From: Eledone cirrhosa
Lineage: Eukaryota
NCBI GenBank assembly: GCA_964016885.1
Contig: OZ024760.1
Coordinates: 10,230,001 to 10,294,000, forward strand
Reading direction: 5' to 3'
Length of the DNA stretch: 64,000 nucleotides
Below, piece by piece: positions 27,610 through 41,014 of this stretch; the stretch's first letter is position 1; every line of letters begins with the position of its first letter. A model generated the notes under the pieces. That model worked only from the letters and a program-made list of their open reading frames with translations, did no database searches and was not told the DNA's origin. The position numbers and the translations under genes are program-made.

Positions 27610-27965
27610 TTCCTTCCTCCTTCTTCTTCGCCCGGGTATTCCTGTGAGGGTCATAGGGCCAGAGTTCTCAAACACTCCTTCCAGCGGGCCCTGTCAGAAG
27701 CAACCGTCTCCAACTGATCTGGTTGGATTCCCTAAGCGAGACCAGCCAAGCTCATGGATGTTATCCAACCATGTTGGGGTCAACCCCTGGGTCTACTGCC
27801 CCCAAAATCTGTCCACCGATTCTTTCCTGAGACATCCAAACCACATGCACATGCCAATTCAGAAAAGTTATGGCTCTACCTGGAGTGACTCTCTCATCTC
27901 CAAGTTATGCACTTTATTGAGTAACGTTACTCCAAAGACCCTTCAGAGGAACCCCATTTTGACTG
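27610..27965 (-). mobile_element. RTE-clade LINE 3' fragment
   Basis: MGFL*RVFGVTLLNKV..; homologous to 39480-39905; (GAA)-type tail. Confidence 0.75.
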
Positions 27966-27970
27966 CTAAT

Positions 27971-27999
<29 letters not shown>

Positions 28000-28004
<5 letters not shown>

Positions 28005-29600
28005 AATATTGTGTACAGTGCTCAGGTGCACTACAACTCAGCAAAAAGTGTATGTATAGTACATAGGGTAATGTACAAACGTCAGGAAAATGAACAGTGC
28101 ATGAGTCATGATATACACATATGTGCATGTGTATGGAAGGGGGACATCAGGTGTAGTTTTGGCGAATTTCGGGAATCATGAGGGTTTTAAAGGATGCAGT
28201 ATCTCGGCAGCTAACAACTGACGCAGGCAGTTTGTTCCATGGAGGTTTTAAAGGATGCAGTGTCTCAGCAACTAACAACTCATGCAGATTTTAAAGGACG
28301 CAGTATCTCGGCAGCTAACAACTGACGCAGGCAGTTTGTTCCATGGAGGTTTTAAAGGATGCAGTGTCTCAGCAACTAACAACTCATGCAGATTTTAAAG
28401 GATGCAGTGTCTCGGCAGCTAACAACTGACACAGGCAGTTTGTTCCATGGAGGTTTTAAAGGATGCAGTGTCTCAGCAACTAACAACTCATGCAGATTTT
28501 AAAGGATGCAGTGTCTCGGCAGCTAACAACAGACGCAGGCAGTTTGTTCCATGGAGGTTTTAAAGGATGCAGTGTCTCAGCAACTAACAACTGATGCAGG
28601 TTTTAAAGGATGCAGTGTCTCGGCAGCTAACAACTGACGCAGGCAGTTTGTTCCATGGAGGTTTTAAAGGATGCAGTGTCTCAGCAACTAACAACTCATG
28701 CAGGTTTTAAAGGATGCAGTGTCTCTGCAGCTAACAACTGACGCAGGCAGTTTGTTCCATGGAGGTTTTAAAGGATGCAGTGTCTCAGCAACTAACAACT
28801 GATGCAGGTTTTAAAGGATGCAGTGTCTCGGCAGCTAACAACTGACGCAGGCAGTTTGTTCCATGGAGGTTTTAAAGGATGCAGTGTCTCGGCAACTAAC
28901 AACTGATGCAGGTTTTAAAGGATGCAGTGTCTCGGCAGCTAACAACTGACGCAGGCAGTTTGTTCCATGGAGGTTTTAAAGGATGCAGTGTCTCGGCAAC
29001 TAACAACTGATGCAGGTTTTAAAGGATGCAGTGTCTCGGCAGCTAACAACAGACGCAGGCAGTTTGTTCCATGGAGGTTTTAAAGGATGCAGTGTCTCAG
29101 CAACTAACAACTGATGCAGGTTTTAAAGGATGCAGTGTCTCGGCAGCTAACAACTGACGCAGGCAGTTTGTTCCATGGAGGTTTTAAAGGATGCAGTGTC
29201 TCAGCAACTAACAACTCATGCAGGTTTTAAAGGATGCAGTGTCTCTGCAGCTAACAACTGACGCAGGCAGTTTGTTCCATGGAGGTTTTAAAGGATGCAG
29301 TGTCTCAGCAACTAACAACTGATGCAGGTTTTAAAGGATGCAGTGTCTCGGCAGCTAACAACTGACGCAGGCAGTTTGTTCCATGGAGGTTTTAAAGGAT
29401 GCAGTGTCTCGGCAACTAACAACTGATGCAGGTTTTAAAGGATGCAGTGTCTCGGCAGCTAACAACTGACGCAGGCAGTTTGTTCCATGCTTCAGCAACT
29501 CTGAGCGTGAAAAAATGTTTCCGAAAGTCATGGGAGCTGTGTTGTTCTCTGATTTTGTAGGCATGTCCACGTGTGTTAGACACATGGAATTCAAAAAGGT
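28000..29600 (-). mobile_element. CR1 3' end with internal 104-bp (61+43) tandem expansion, ~12.5 copies
   Basis: Homologous to 24655-24995; ccatgg recurs every 104 bp (28237, 28341 and onward). Confidence 0.92.
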
Positions 29601-29939
29601 AATATATATAGTTTTTATATAAAATGAATAATTTAATGTATATAGTTTTCCTATAAAATGTATAATGTCATATATTAGATAATAAATAATTATGAGAGAA
29701 CACATAAAATTTTAAGAGATTGAAGGTAAAGTTAATGTAGTGGTTTAAAGTGATATTGCAGTTGTTTACACCTTACACTTCATTTTCAAGGTAAGGCTTC
29801 TAATTCAAAAACTCTCGTTAAATATACATTAAATATAAATTAAATCTTTTAATATAGGTGTGCGTATAATGATGTATATATATGTATATGTATATATGTG
29901 TGTGTATGTGTATATACATACATACACACATATATATAT

Positions 29940-29998
<59 letters not shown>

Positions 29999-30079
29999 CA
30001 TTTATATGAATACACATTCACCACATATATAGACACACATAAATATGTATACACACACACACACACATATATATATATA

Positions 30080-30450
30080 TGAGCAGAAGACTTGTGTAGA
30101 TTAGAAAGAAACGAAGCTTGCATGCTCCGATGGATGTGTAATAGTAAAATACATGAACAGCAAAGCATAAATGAATTGAGAGAGAGAGACTAAGCATAAG
30201 AGGAATCAAATACTGTATGCAGGAGAGGAGGTTGCGCTGGTATGGACATGTGATGCGTATGAAGGATAACAGCTGCATAAAAAGGTGCAGAGCACTAAAA
30301 GCCGATGGAAGCCATGGAGTGGGGAGATCCAAGAAGACCTGGGATGAGGTAATAAAAGCTGACCTTGCCCAATTGTACCTCTCAAAGCAATGACACAGGA
30401 CCAAGACCTCTGGCATTACGCAGTAATATAGAAGACCTGAATTCCCACGG
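30080..30450 (+). pseudogene. RTE LINE C-terminal fragment
   Basis: MQERRLRWYGHVMRMKDNSCIKRCRALKADGSHGVGRSKKTWDEVIKADL. Confidence 0.85.
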
Positions 30451-30714
30451 CTACAGGGCGAAGCTGAAGAATAGAGACAGTATGCCACCCGCCTTCCACT
30501 GTAAAGTGGACGTTTAGGCACCACGGTAAACAAGCACCCAGTACTCACTGTAAATGAGGTTGGTGTTAGGAATGGCATCCTGCTGTAGAAATCAAGCCAA
30601 AATCAGTTCCGTATGAGCAAAACATGGTCACCTGACCTAGCATTGCCCACAACAGGATAACCCGTCTAACCCATGCTAGTGTGGAAGAATGGATGTAAAA
30701 TGGTGATGATGGCC

Positions 30715-31320
30715 ACTTGATAGTGTTTTCTACTTCCCCCATCCCGCTGTTCTTTCCAAGACTCCTTTTTAGCCTTGATTGTCTCCTCCACCTTACTGAT
30801 CCACCACCAAGTTACTCTCCTCCTGCCTATAGACTTGCTCCAGTCACAGATTTCATCTGTCGCCTTCAGCAGGTTAACTTTCAGGAATTCCCACAGTTCC
30901 TCTATATTGTACGTCTTTAATTGCTCTTCCTTACTGTCAAAAGCATCAAGTAATAATATACTTTTAAATTTGTTACTGGCTGTGGGGTCCTTCAACTTCC
31001 ATATTCTTCTCCTCAAGATAATCCTCTGTCGTCGAGTACATCTAGTCCTGAGTATGAGGTCACTAACTATTAAGCTATATTGGGAGGTGCATTCTTTACG
31101 AGGGAGGGATTTAGTGTTTACAACAGACACTCTGTCACGTCTTCTATTAAGGATAAAATCTATCTGGCTGGTGTGCTTCTCTGATCTGTAAGTGATCAAG
31201 TGATTGTCTCGTTTTTTGAAGTTTGTGTTACATATAGTTAGGTTATTAGCATCACAGAATTCCAGGATCCTGAAGCCTTCCTCATTTCTAGTACCAAACC
31301 CACATGGTACCAAATCTGAT
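30715..31320 (-). pseudogene. RTE LINE AP-endonuclease C-terminal part and linker
   Basis: GFGTRNEEGFRILEFCDANNLTICNTNFKKRDNHLITYRS..SQIDFIL.. Confidence 0.9.
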
Positions 31321-31819
31321 GTTTTGGATTTTGTTGGGTAGGAGGAAGGGAAGGGAGGGTGGGGTGGGAGATGGAATTATGTTGGATTTGGTCTTCCATG
31401 TCTGAAATAAAGAGGAGTGCTTGCATGCTTGTCTGGCGGCAGGTGGTGAATTTATTTTTATCTTTCTCATTGTTAGTGTGACTGCTACGACTCTCCAACT
31501 CTGTGGTCCATTTAGCACACCAAACAACAGCCAGGTGTAAACTTAAGGAGTAGTAGCCGAAGTGGTGGCTTTGTTCTAGAGATTTGTTTACTATAAACCG
31601 GTGAGTTTTGATTGGACCAAATAACAATGGTGGTGGGTGGGGGTGGGTGGCAGGGAAATGGGTAACTTTAGGAGATGTAAACATATTTTCAAACATTTGA
31701 GAGATAATAAATAATAACAAAAAAATAACAAAATTCTGAGAGAGAAAAGTTAGTTAGATTCTAGAACAGTCTATAAGGTGTAACAATATCTACAGTATCT
31801 AGATGTAGTTATTATATTT

Positions 31820-32660
31820 TGTCTAACACACGTGGGCATGCCTACAAAGTCAGAAAACAGCACAGCTCCCATGATTTTCGGAATCATCTTTTCACACTCA
31901 GAGTTGCTGAAGCATGGAACAAACTACCTGCATCAGTTGTTAGCTGTCGAGACACTGCATCCTTTAAAACCTCCATGGAACAAACTACCTGCATCAGTTG
32001 TTAGCTGTCGAGACACTGCATCCTTTAAAACCTCCATGGAACAAACTACCTGCATCAGTTGTTAGCTGTCGAGACACTGCATCCTTTAAAACCTCCATGG
32101 AACAAACTACCTGCATCAGTTGTTAGCTGTCGAGACACTGCATCCATTAAAACCTCCATGGAACAAACTACCTGCATCAGTTGTTAGCTGTCGAGACACT
32201 GCATCCTTTAAAACCCTCCATGGAACAAACTACTTGCATCAGTTGTTAGCTGTCGAGACACTGCATCCTTTAAAACCTCCATGGAACAAACTACTTGCAT
32301 CAGTTGTTAGCTGTCGAGACACTGCATCCTTTAAAACCTCCATGGAGCAAACTACCTGCATCAGTTGTTAGCTGTCGAGACATTGCATCCTTTAAAACCT
32401 CCATGGAACAAACTACCGGCATCAGTTGTTAGCTGTCGAGACACTGCATCCTTCGAAACTTCCATGCTTCCCGAAATTCACCAACACTGCACCTGACACC
32501 CTCCTCCAGACACATACATGCATGTGTCTGTGTGTATATCATGACTCATACACTGTTCACTTTCCTGTACATTATTCTATGTACTATACATGCACCTTTG
32601 ATGAGTTGTAGTGCACCTGAGCACTGTACACACTAATTAAATGATTTCATTATTATTATT
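31820..32660 (+). mobile_element. CR1 3' end with internal 61-bp tandem expansion, ~9 copies
   Basis: Unit atggaacaaactacctgcatcagttgttagctgtcgagacactgcatcctttaaaacctcc at 31914, 31975, 32036 and onward. Confidence 0.92.
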
Positions 32661-32685
32661 ATTTTATATATAGAGTTATATATGA

Positions 32686-32783
32686 GGTTAACTTTGCCTT
32701 TCATCCTTACGGGGTCGATAAAATAAAGTACCAGTAATGCACTGGGTAATTGCTGGCCTTGTGCCTAACGTAGAAACAATTAT

Positions 32784-32819
<36 letters not shown>

Positions 32820-33232
32820 TTGAGTATGTGTTGGTTGTTTACAGACACTTCAATATATATATATTTATTTATTTATATACATGCACCTTTGATTAGTTGC
32901 AGTGCACCTGAGCACTATACACAATAATTTTAATTATCACTTATTAGCACCTTCTCGCTCTCTCCTTCTGCAGACAAGATTGGTTGTATTCAGACCTGGA
33001 AAGGAACTGGGTCCTGTCAGGTTTAAAAGGCTGAAGATACATTATATACCATAACTGTTTCTACTTTAGGCACAAGGCCAGCAATTACCCAGTGCATTAC
33101 TGGTACTTTATTTTATCGACCCCGTAAGGATGAAAGGCAAAGTCAACCTCGGCGGGATTTGAACTCAGATCGTAAAGGGACGTAACTATGCTGGAAAGCA
33201 TGGCGTCCGACCCTCTACCTATACTGCCAAAT
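32686..33232. mobile_element. Two SINE1 copies in inverted orientation (32686-32785 plus; 33053-33232 minus)
   Basis: Both match 15640-15825. Confidence 0.85.
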
Positions 33233-33289
33233 ATACCATAATGGCATCATAACAACTCCATCAGGAGTTACAGGTTTATACATACAATA

Positions 33290-33319
<30 letters not shown>

Positions 33320-33322
<3 letters not shown>

Positions 33323-33515
33323 CAAAGGAAATGTGGTAAGGAACCAGGTGGACCATAATGCACCAAAGTACTCAATACTTAGGGTAGTAGAGTGGGTAAT
33401 AGGAACAAGTAAGACCCCGACGGCTGAGCTCAAGCCGTTTCGACGGCTAATTCTGGACTCAGAATTAGCCGTCGAAACGGCTTGAGCTCAGCCGTCGGGG
33501 TTTTACTTGTTCCTA
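33320..33515 (-). mobile_element. HHR-element family D, fold-back copy
   Basis: Palindrome centre ttctg-gact-cagaa at ~33457; flanked by (TA)n. Confidence 0.85.
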
Positions 33516-33539
33516 TATATATATATATATAGTCTCGTG

Positions 33540-33750
33540 AAGGTGTGTGGCTGAGTGGTTAGAGAATTGGATTCACAATCTTGAGATTGTGAGTTCGATT
33601 CCTGGACCAGGCGATGCGTTATGTCCTTGAACAAGACACTTTATTTCACGTTGCTCCTTCTACCTGGAGTTGCGACCGATAGAGAGTACTAGCAACTGGA
33701 AAGACCGACGAAAACATTGTTTCCTCGGTCCGATTTGATGAAAGTCGATC
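33540..33750 (+). mobile_element. tRNA-derived SINE (family 2-type head)
   Basis: tggctgagtggtt..gttcgattcc..tgtccttgaacaagacactttatttcac; related copy at 53720-53920(-). Confidence 0.75.
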
Positions 33751-34343
33751 AATATATATATATATATAGTATTGATGATTCAATAATCTACTGGTAGTGG
33801 TACCAATATGAGCACTCAGTGACCTGGTAAAGTGTATATAATAAGAAAGATGACGAAGTTTGATTCACAGGTTTTTATTGATTATCATTCTATTATATAC
33901 GCTTCACAGATGGTTGGCTCAAGGTCACCTATAGATGCTTAGGACCCAACTCTGGTATTGATCTGTTTGTCAGACTTGATGATTCAACAAATACACACAC
34001 ACACACACAGACACACAGACACACACACACACACAGACACACACACAGACACATACACACACTTATATATATACATTCTTCTTTTTTTTTTCTAATGGCT
34101 GATAATACTTTACCGGCGCCACTCGAGTAAGGTAATTATTTAACCCATAAATGGGGCCCTAACAGGTACTACTTCTGCGGGCCAGAGCAGACCTGGGAGT
34201 GATAACAACTAGGGGGTAACTCCACATTCCCCACAGCTCCTGAACTGGAGCCTTGCGACTGGATAGAGTTCAATGTCATACCAAGGACATATATGTATAT
34301 ATATATATATATATATATAAATATATATAAATATATATATACA

Positions 34344-34385
<42 letters not shown>

Positions 34386-34405
34386 TATATAAATATATAT
34401 ATACA

Positions 34406-34452
<47 letters not shown>

Positions 34453-34516
34453 TCATATATATATATATATATATATATATACACTCATATATATATATGA
34501 AGGTCAGTTGTAACAT

Positions 34517-34697
34517 TCATAGACTCACCAAGATACTCTCATGGAATGACCAAATGGGGTTTATTTTTCAACATAGTCCCCTGAAAAGAAACAATACAGT
34601 TATCAATAAGAAGACTTTAAATTAATGCATGTAAGATTTCACAGCTTTAACATCATTCCTTCATAGTCAGCCTATGAACTTTTCAGCCCACCCTCAT
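34517..34697 (+). mobile_element. Mariner-like MITE
   Basis: Ends cagcctatgaacttttcagcccaccctc. Confidence 0.75.
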
Positions 34698-35069
34698 GCA
34701 CACACACACACATATATATATATATATTTATATAGCAGTAATAGGTAAATAAAAATCCAAGGTGTAGAGCAAGTCAAGTCTGTAGGGAAAATTTGAATAT
34801 AATTTTCTCTTTGACATTAGAGATAGAACAGATACTCTATACCATTTCCTGTCGGCATGACTTGACAAGCTATTTAGAACACTGGTTTAACCGCTTTACT
34901 TCACTCTGAAGAAGAGATATTATCTCGAAAATTTAGGACATTTAAATAAATCTAAGGTAAAAGACTAATTGTCAACAATATCTTTTGCATTTACATTCTT
35001 TATTCTATGTCCATACCTGCATTGTTTTGGCTTTATTATACATATACAAATGAATATAATTATTCAAGT

Positions 35070-35211
35070 CAATGGCACCATACCAGGTACATATGTTTCA
35101 TTGATCATTGATGACCAACTTGTTCAAATCTGTACCAATGAAAAAGGCACAGGTTGAACAAGTTGGTCATCAATGATGAATGAAACATATGTACCTGGTA
35201 TGGTGCCATTG
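35070..35211. ncRNA. Fold-back pair of degenerate hammerheads (core TTGAACA)
   Basis: Arms 35070-35127 / 35154-35211. Plus strand: cagg-TTGAACA-agttggtcat ca atgatgaat-GAAA-catatg-TA-cctg. Confidence 0.55.
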
Positions 35212-35237
35212 TAGTACTAACCTTATAAATTATATAT

Positions 35238-35500
35238 CATTTCATCATCATTTCATTTTACGTCCGCTTTTTCCCTGCTTGCAAGGGTGGGATGGGAACT
35301 GATTCCGGCTTGATTTCTACAGCTGGATGCCCTTCCTAACACCAACCTCCTTTACAGTGAGTGCTGGGTGCTTTTTTGCCATGGCACCTCCTCGACCACT
35401 TTGCAGTGGAATGATAGGGACCCCAGTCCCTATCATCTCATTTCTACAGCTGAGTAAACTGGAGCAATGTGAAATAAAGTGTCTTGCTCAAGCAAACAAC
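35238..35500 (-). mobile_element. SINE family 2, 5'-truncated
   Basis: Reverse complement of the 49477-49820 body and (ATG)n tail. Confidence 0.88.
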
Positions 35501-36552
35501 ACAGTGTCTTTCATTAGAAATATGGTAATGAAAGGGTTAATCACATAGACAGTGTCTTTCTTTAGAAATATGGTGATGAAAGAGTTAATGACATAGACAG
35601 TGTCTTTCATTAGAAATATAGTAATGAAAGGGTTAATGACATAGACAGTGTCTTTCATTAGAAATATGGTAATGAAAGGGTTAATGACATAAGCAGTGTC
35701 TTTCATTAGAAATATGGTAATGCAACGGTTAATGACATAGACAGTGTCTTTCTTTAGAAATATGGTAATGAAAGGGTTAATGACATAAGCAGTGTCTTTC
35801 ATTAGAAATATGGTAATGGAACGGTTAATGACATAGACAGTGTCTTTCTTTAGAAATATGGTAATGAAAGGGTTAATGACATAAGCAGTGTCTTTCATTA
35901 GAAATATGGTAATGGAACGGTTAATGACATAGACAGTGTCTTTCTTTAGAAATATGGTAATGAAAGGGTTAATGACATAAGCAGTGTCTTTCATTAGAAA
36001 TATGGTAATGGAACGGTTAATGACATAGACAGTGTCTTTCTTTAGAAATATGGTAATGAAAGGGTTAATGACATAGACAGTGTCTTTCTTTAGAAATATG
36101 GTAATGAAAGGGTTAATGACATAGGCAGTGTCTTTCATTAGAAATATGGTAATGGAACGGTTAATGACATAGACAGTGTCTTTCTTTAGAAATATGGTAA
36201 TGAAAGGGTTAATGACATAGACAGTGTCTTTCATTAGAAATATGGTAATGAAAGGGTTAATGACATAGACAGTGTCTTTCATTAGAAATATGGTAATGAA
36301 AGGGTTAATGACATAGACAGTGTCTTTCATTAGAAATATGGTAATGAAAGGGTTAATGACATAGACAGTGTCTTTCATTAGAAATATGGTAATGAAAGGG
36401 TTAAAGACATAGACAGTGTCTTTCATTACAAATATGGTAATGAAAGGGTTAATGGCATAGACAGTGTCTTTCATTAGAAATATGGTAATGAAAGGGTTAA
36501 TGGCATAGACAGTGTCTTTCATTAGAAATATGGTAGTGAAAGGGTTAATGAA
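35500..36552. repeat. 48-bp minisatellite, ~22 copies
   Basis: Unit acagtgtctttcattagaaatatggtaatgaaagggttaatgacatag; the minus strand contains TTAACCCTTT like the piggyBac-type MITE ends. Confidence 0.95.
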
Positions 36553-36690
36553 AGTGACTTGGGTCAGTGCATTACTGGTTCTTCTCAACAGCATTTGAAC
36601 TAGAACATAAGGGGCTGTAACTATATACTGCAAAGCATGATGTTTTGAAGCTCTACCGGTTACTGCCAAATAACAATCAACACTATTGTA

Positions 36691-36702
36691 TTTCGCGCCA
36701 AA
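36691..36702. promoter_or_regulatory. Overlapping double E2F site TTTCGCGCCAAA
   Basis: Exact match to the classical DHFR-type E2F element; CACGTCA lies ~40 bp downstream. Confidence 0.3.
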
Positions 36703-37234
36703 TTTCTTGTTAAAAAAAAAAATAGGTTAGTTTCTCCCCCACGTCACTCGTTCTCTTAGTATTGAGACATTAACCGCTCAAATCCTTATGACATACTTTT
36801 AAGTCACGAACACCACATATAATAACACTACACAATTGACTTTAGGAGCATGGTTATGTAAACCTTACTATTATGACAGTTGTAACTTGAAACCAGTTAG
36901 TTCAGCATGCTTCACTAGTTGGTCGTTTTGAAAATATCTACCTTCATAACATTTGTAAGGACTCTGGAGGTATTTCTTTGTTTGGGCAATATTTTTAGTT
37001 ATTGTCATTCACCTAAATCAAGTAATGTTTATTTATTTGATAGGTTTCATACAGAGAACAAGTAGACTACTGTTTAAAATAGAGCTCAATGTCTGGTGTG
37101 GAAATGATTAGAGGTGTAAACACAACAGTTGAGTATAACTACCACCACCACCACCACCAGCATTATTATCACCACCACCACCACCACCATCATCATCATC
37201 ACCACCATTATCATCTGCTGCTGCGGAGGACATG

Positions 37235-37620
37235 CGTAGGCTGGAGAGAAATGAAGCAATCATGCTTTGTTGGATGTGCAATGGAAGTGTAAGAGAAAGG
37301 CAGAGCTTGGATGAACTGAGGTAGAAACTGAGTTTAAGAGGAATCCGAAGTGGTGTATTGGAGAGAAGATTATGCTGGTATGGACATGTGACATGTATGG
37401 ATGATGATTGTGCTGGGTGAAGAAGTGCCAGGGAGTCTCAGTAGAAGGAAGCCACAGTAGAGGTAGACCAAAGAAGGCCTGGATGGAGGTGGTGAGAGCT
37501 GGTCTCATATCACTGAAACTCACAGAGAATATGACATAGGAATGCAACTAGTGGAAAGATGCTGTGCTGGAAAAGACCCATCCAACCCATGCAAGCATGA
37601 ACCTGTGGATACAAGAACAA
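37235..37620 (+). pseudogene. Decayed RTE LINE 3' fragment
   Basis: ERRLCWYGHV..WVKKCQGVSVEGSHSRGRPKKAWMEVV. Confidence 0.8.
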
Positions 37621-37712
37621 CAATGGTGAAACTAGTCAGATTTCAAAGATTTTAAACAGTTAAATGATGAAAACAGCTCCTGGCCACCTAAAGCTGATTT
37701 TTTTCTCTTTAG

Positions 37713-37770
37713 ATTATTCTAGAATTCTCAATAAATGTCTTCAGGATCAGCTGAACAAATGGAAGATATG
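37713..37770 (+). CDS. Candidate 58-nt internal exon (xYSRILNKCLQDQLNKWKI), product unknown
   Basis: Acceptor ctgatttttttctctttag and donor TG|gtaaaa; only one open frame; no homology recognised. Confidence 0.3.
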
Positions 37771-38377
37771 GTAAAACTGTGAGATATCAAAACAACAGAC
37801 ATCTGTGTGAAACCTTTGTGTGTATATATAAATTTGAGTGGATTCCGTCCATCACATATTGTGTGTGCGTGTGTGTGTTTGTGTGAATGTATGTGTGTGT
37901 AAAAGGAAGGAAGGGGATGGTGAAAAATCTTTAGCAAAACAGTGGCTGGCGTTTCATTTGCTATGCTGTGTGTGAGTGTATGTGTATGTGTGTGTTTGTA
38001 TAAATCTATGTGTGTGTGTGTGTGTGTGTTTGTGTGAATGGATGTGTATTTGTGTGAATGTATGTCTGTGAGTGAATATTTTTGTAAGTGTGTCTGTGTT
38101 TGAGTGTTTATATTTATATACTCATACATATAAATGTATGCACATACACAGACACACACATATGCACATATGCGTCTGCGTGTTGAAAGAAAATTCTATT
38201 ATACTAAATAACAAACATTTCTTTATATATCTCCTGAGGTTTACCTGTTTGTGTAGAATAATTCAGACTTTAACAATGGCACCTGCTGAAGTTTTTTATA
38301 ATATTTGTTGGTGAAAGCATTCAGAGCATCAGATGATGCCTTGCAGTGTTTTCTACCACTCCCTCTACACTCTCAAT

Positions 38378-38593
38378 TTAACCCTTTAGTATTTACATCA
38401 CCCTGTATATACTATTATATTTTCATGGTAAAGGCTTTACCTCACATAATATTGAATGTATGAGATTTTGTTATTATTTATTTTGAGAACAATACCTTAA
38501 CATCAGTATGAGTGGCCAGTTATGGCCAGTTTGAACAGAAAGCGGTGAGATAATTCTGGCCTGATATGGCCAGTTTAAAGGCTAAAGGGTTAA
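38378..38593 (-). mobile_element. piggyBac-like MITE with TTAA target sites
   Basis: TTAA|CCCTTTAG ... CTAAAGGG|TTAA. Confidence 0.8.
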
Positions 38594-39479
38594 ATATAGC
38601 AACAGAAGGTATTCCATAGACATATGTACTTTTAATGTAATTGTCAGGGAGATTCAGCAGCATAATACAGTTTCTGTCTTCTCATTTTCATTGACAAGGC
38701 TTCATATGATGTGAATCTATTGTAAGATAAATGACACTTGCCAGGGGTGTCCCACAGTGGGATCAAATCTGGAACTTTCTACTTGCAAAACAAACTTCTG
38801 AAATACCAGCAAAATATCTCCTAATATAAAAGTCTTGTGTATTTGCTCTTCACACACTAGAGATGACTGAGGAAGGAAGTGGTGTCTAAGCAGTGACTAA
38901 TATTTGCTATACCTGTGTGTGTATATGTATAGCGAATTGGCTACACATATTGGCTGTTATGATTATGTGAGTGTTTGTGTGTGTGTATATGTGTGTTTGT
39001 GTAAATTATATTTATATATAATATTTGTGTGAGTGTATATATGTTTGTAAGTGTTTATTTAGAAAGATACATAGACAATAGAATTACAAACACACATGAA
39101 TCTACACATACATATACATAAACAGACACACTTAGAAAATATAATTATTACATACACACACATCTATGTGATGACTGAAGAAGTAGGGGGCTGGGTGAGA
39201 AACTATAGAAGTCCAGCATTCTAAGATTCATCACAGCTGTGTGTTTGTATGTTTGTATCATTTGTGTGAGTGAGCACGAAGGAACCAACAAACAAACATA
39301 TCTTTTTTTTTATATTATGTATAGATATTATAATTAGCTGTCATTTTTGATGGTATGGGGCTAGCTAGTTTATTTTATAAATAGGGCCACAGAAAAAGAA
39401 AAAAAAATAGCATTTTAATTTTTAACACTTTATTTGCCCAAGGTCTATGAAACAAACAACACTGCCACAATTTCTCAAA

Positions 39480-39905
39480 GACCTGCCACAGGTCTTTGAA
39501 TCTTGGGTAATGACAGAAAGAATATTATCGCGAATACAAACAACCAAAATGGGGTTCCTCCGAAGGGTCTTTGGAGTAATGTAACCCGATAGAGGGCATA
39601 GTTCAGTGATCAGAGAGTCACTCCAAGTAGAGCCACTAATTCTCCGAATTGAGAGATCATAGCTCTGATATTACGGCTATGTGTTGAGAACGTCTCAGGA
39701 AAGAATCACTGGACAGATTTTATGGGTAAAACGAATCGGCAAGAGACTCAGGAATAGGCCCCAGAGCAAGATGGTTGACCAATTGGAGATAGTTGTTTCT
39801 GACAGGACACGCTGGAAGGTGTGTTTGAGGAATCTGCCCTCACATCTCTCCCAGAATAAGTAGGAGGAGAAGGAGGAGACAGAAGAAGAAGAAGAGGAAG
39901 AAGAC
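39480..39905 (+). pseudogene. RTE-clade LINE 3' fragment
   Basis: MGFLRRVFGV..IRESLQVEPLILRIERS..YYGYVLRTSQER; (GAA/GAG) tail. Confidence 0.8.
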
Positions 39906-39911
39906 GACTTT

Positions 39912-40508
39912 AATATTGTTTCTACGTTAGGCACAAGGCCAGCAATTACCCCAGTACATTACTGGTACTTTATTTTATCGACCCCGTAATAATAATTGTT
40001 TCTAGTTTTGGCACAAGGCCAGCAATTACCCCAGTACATTACTGGTACTTTATTTTATTGACCCCCCCCCCCCGTAAGGATGAAAGGCAAAGTTAACCTC
40101 AGCGGGATTTGAACTCAGAATGGCAAGGGCCGTAACTCTATGCGTCAAAGCATGGCGTCCGACCCTCTACCGATACTCTATAATAATTGTTTCTTATATA
40201 GGCACAAGGCCAGCAATTTTGGCGGGTGGGAAAGTCGATTAAATGGACCCCCAGTGCGTGACTGGTACTTTATTTTATCGACCCCGTAAGGATGAAAGGC
40301 AAAGTTAACCTCGGCGGGATTTGAACTCAGATCATAAAGAGCCGTAACTCTATGCTGCAAAACATGGCGTCAGACCCTCTACCGATGCTCTATAATAATA
40401 ATAATTGTTTCTAGTTTTGGCACAAGGCCAGCAATTACCCCAGTACATTACTGGTACTTAATTTTATTGACCCCCGTAAGGATGAAAGGTAAAGTTAACC
40501 TCGGTGGG
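39912..40508 (-). mobile_element. Head-to-tail cluster of four SINE1 copies or fragments
   Basis: Tails at 39912, 39990, 40180 and 40393. Confidence 0.88.
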
Positions 40509-40671
40509 AAAAACTTCTAATTTACAATATGCATCACAGTAAATTTGTCACAGAAAAAATAGTATACAACTGTGTGGTCTCCATTTTATCTTTCATTGGT
40601 GCACTAAACACGTGTTGGATATAGTGTTCAACTGTCTACCTGGGACCTGATATAAACACAAACACATATAT

Positions 40672-41014
40672 CAGAGTGTCCCCCCCCAAAAAAATATATA
40701 CACATATAGACAATATGCCCCCACACACCCCCCACTGCAAGGTGGTCGTGGAGGTGCCACGGCAAAAACCCAGCACTCACTGTAAATGAGGTTGGTGTTA
40801 GGAAGGGCATCCAGCTGTAGAAATCAAGCCAAATCAGTTCCTGTATGAGCAAGGCATGGTCAGCCGACCAGACACTGCCCACAACAGGACAACCCGTTTA
40901 ACCCATGCTAGCGTGGAAGAACGGACGTAAAACGGTGATGATGATGATGATGATGATGACACACTTTTATTAGAATGCTGTTGAAGTGTGTATACATTTT
41001 TGGGGGACACTCTG
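40672..41014. mobile_element. Tc1-type MITE interrupted by a SINE2 tail (40735-40958)
   Basis: TIRs cagagtgtccccc..aaaa and tttttgggggacactctg flank the SINE. Confidence 0.65.

Noticed and set aside
33345-33400. Twister ribozyme in the family D tail (UAA..ACUCAA..GAGU)
   Set aside because: The conserved GA before the T1 partner and the T2/P4 pairings could not be fitted.
35488-36669. 393-aa repeat ORF
   Set aside because: The 48-bp unit is a multiple of 3, so the frame is open by chance; it starts in a decayed SINE1 head and ends in a SINE2.
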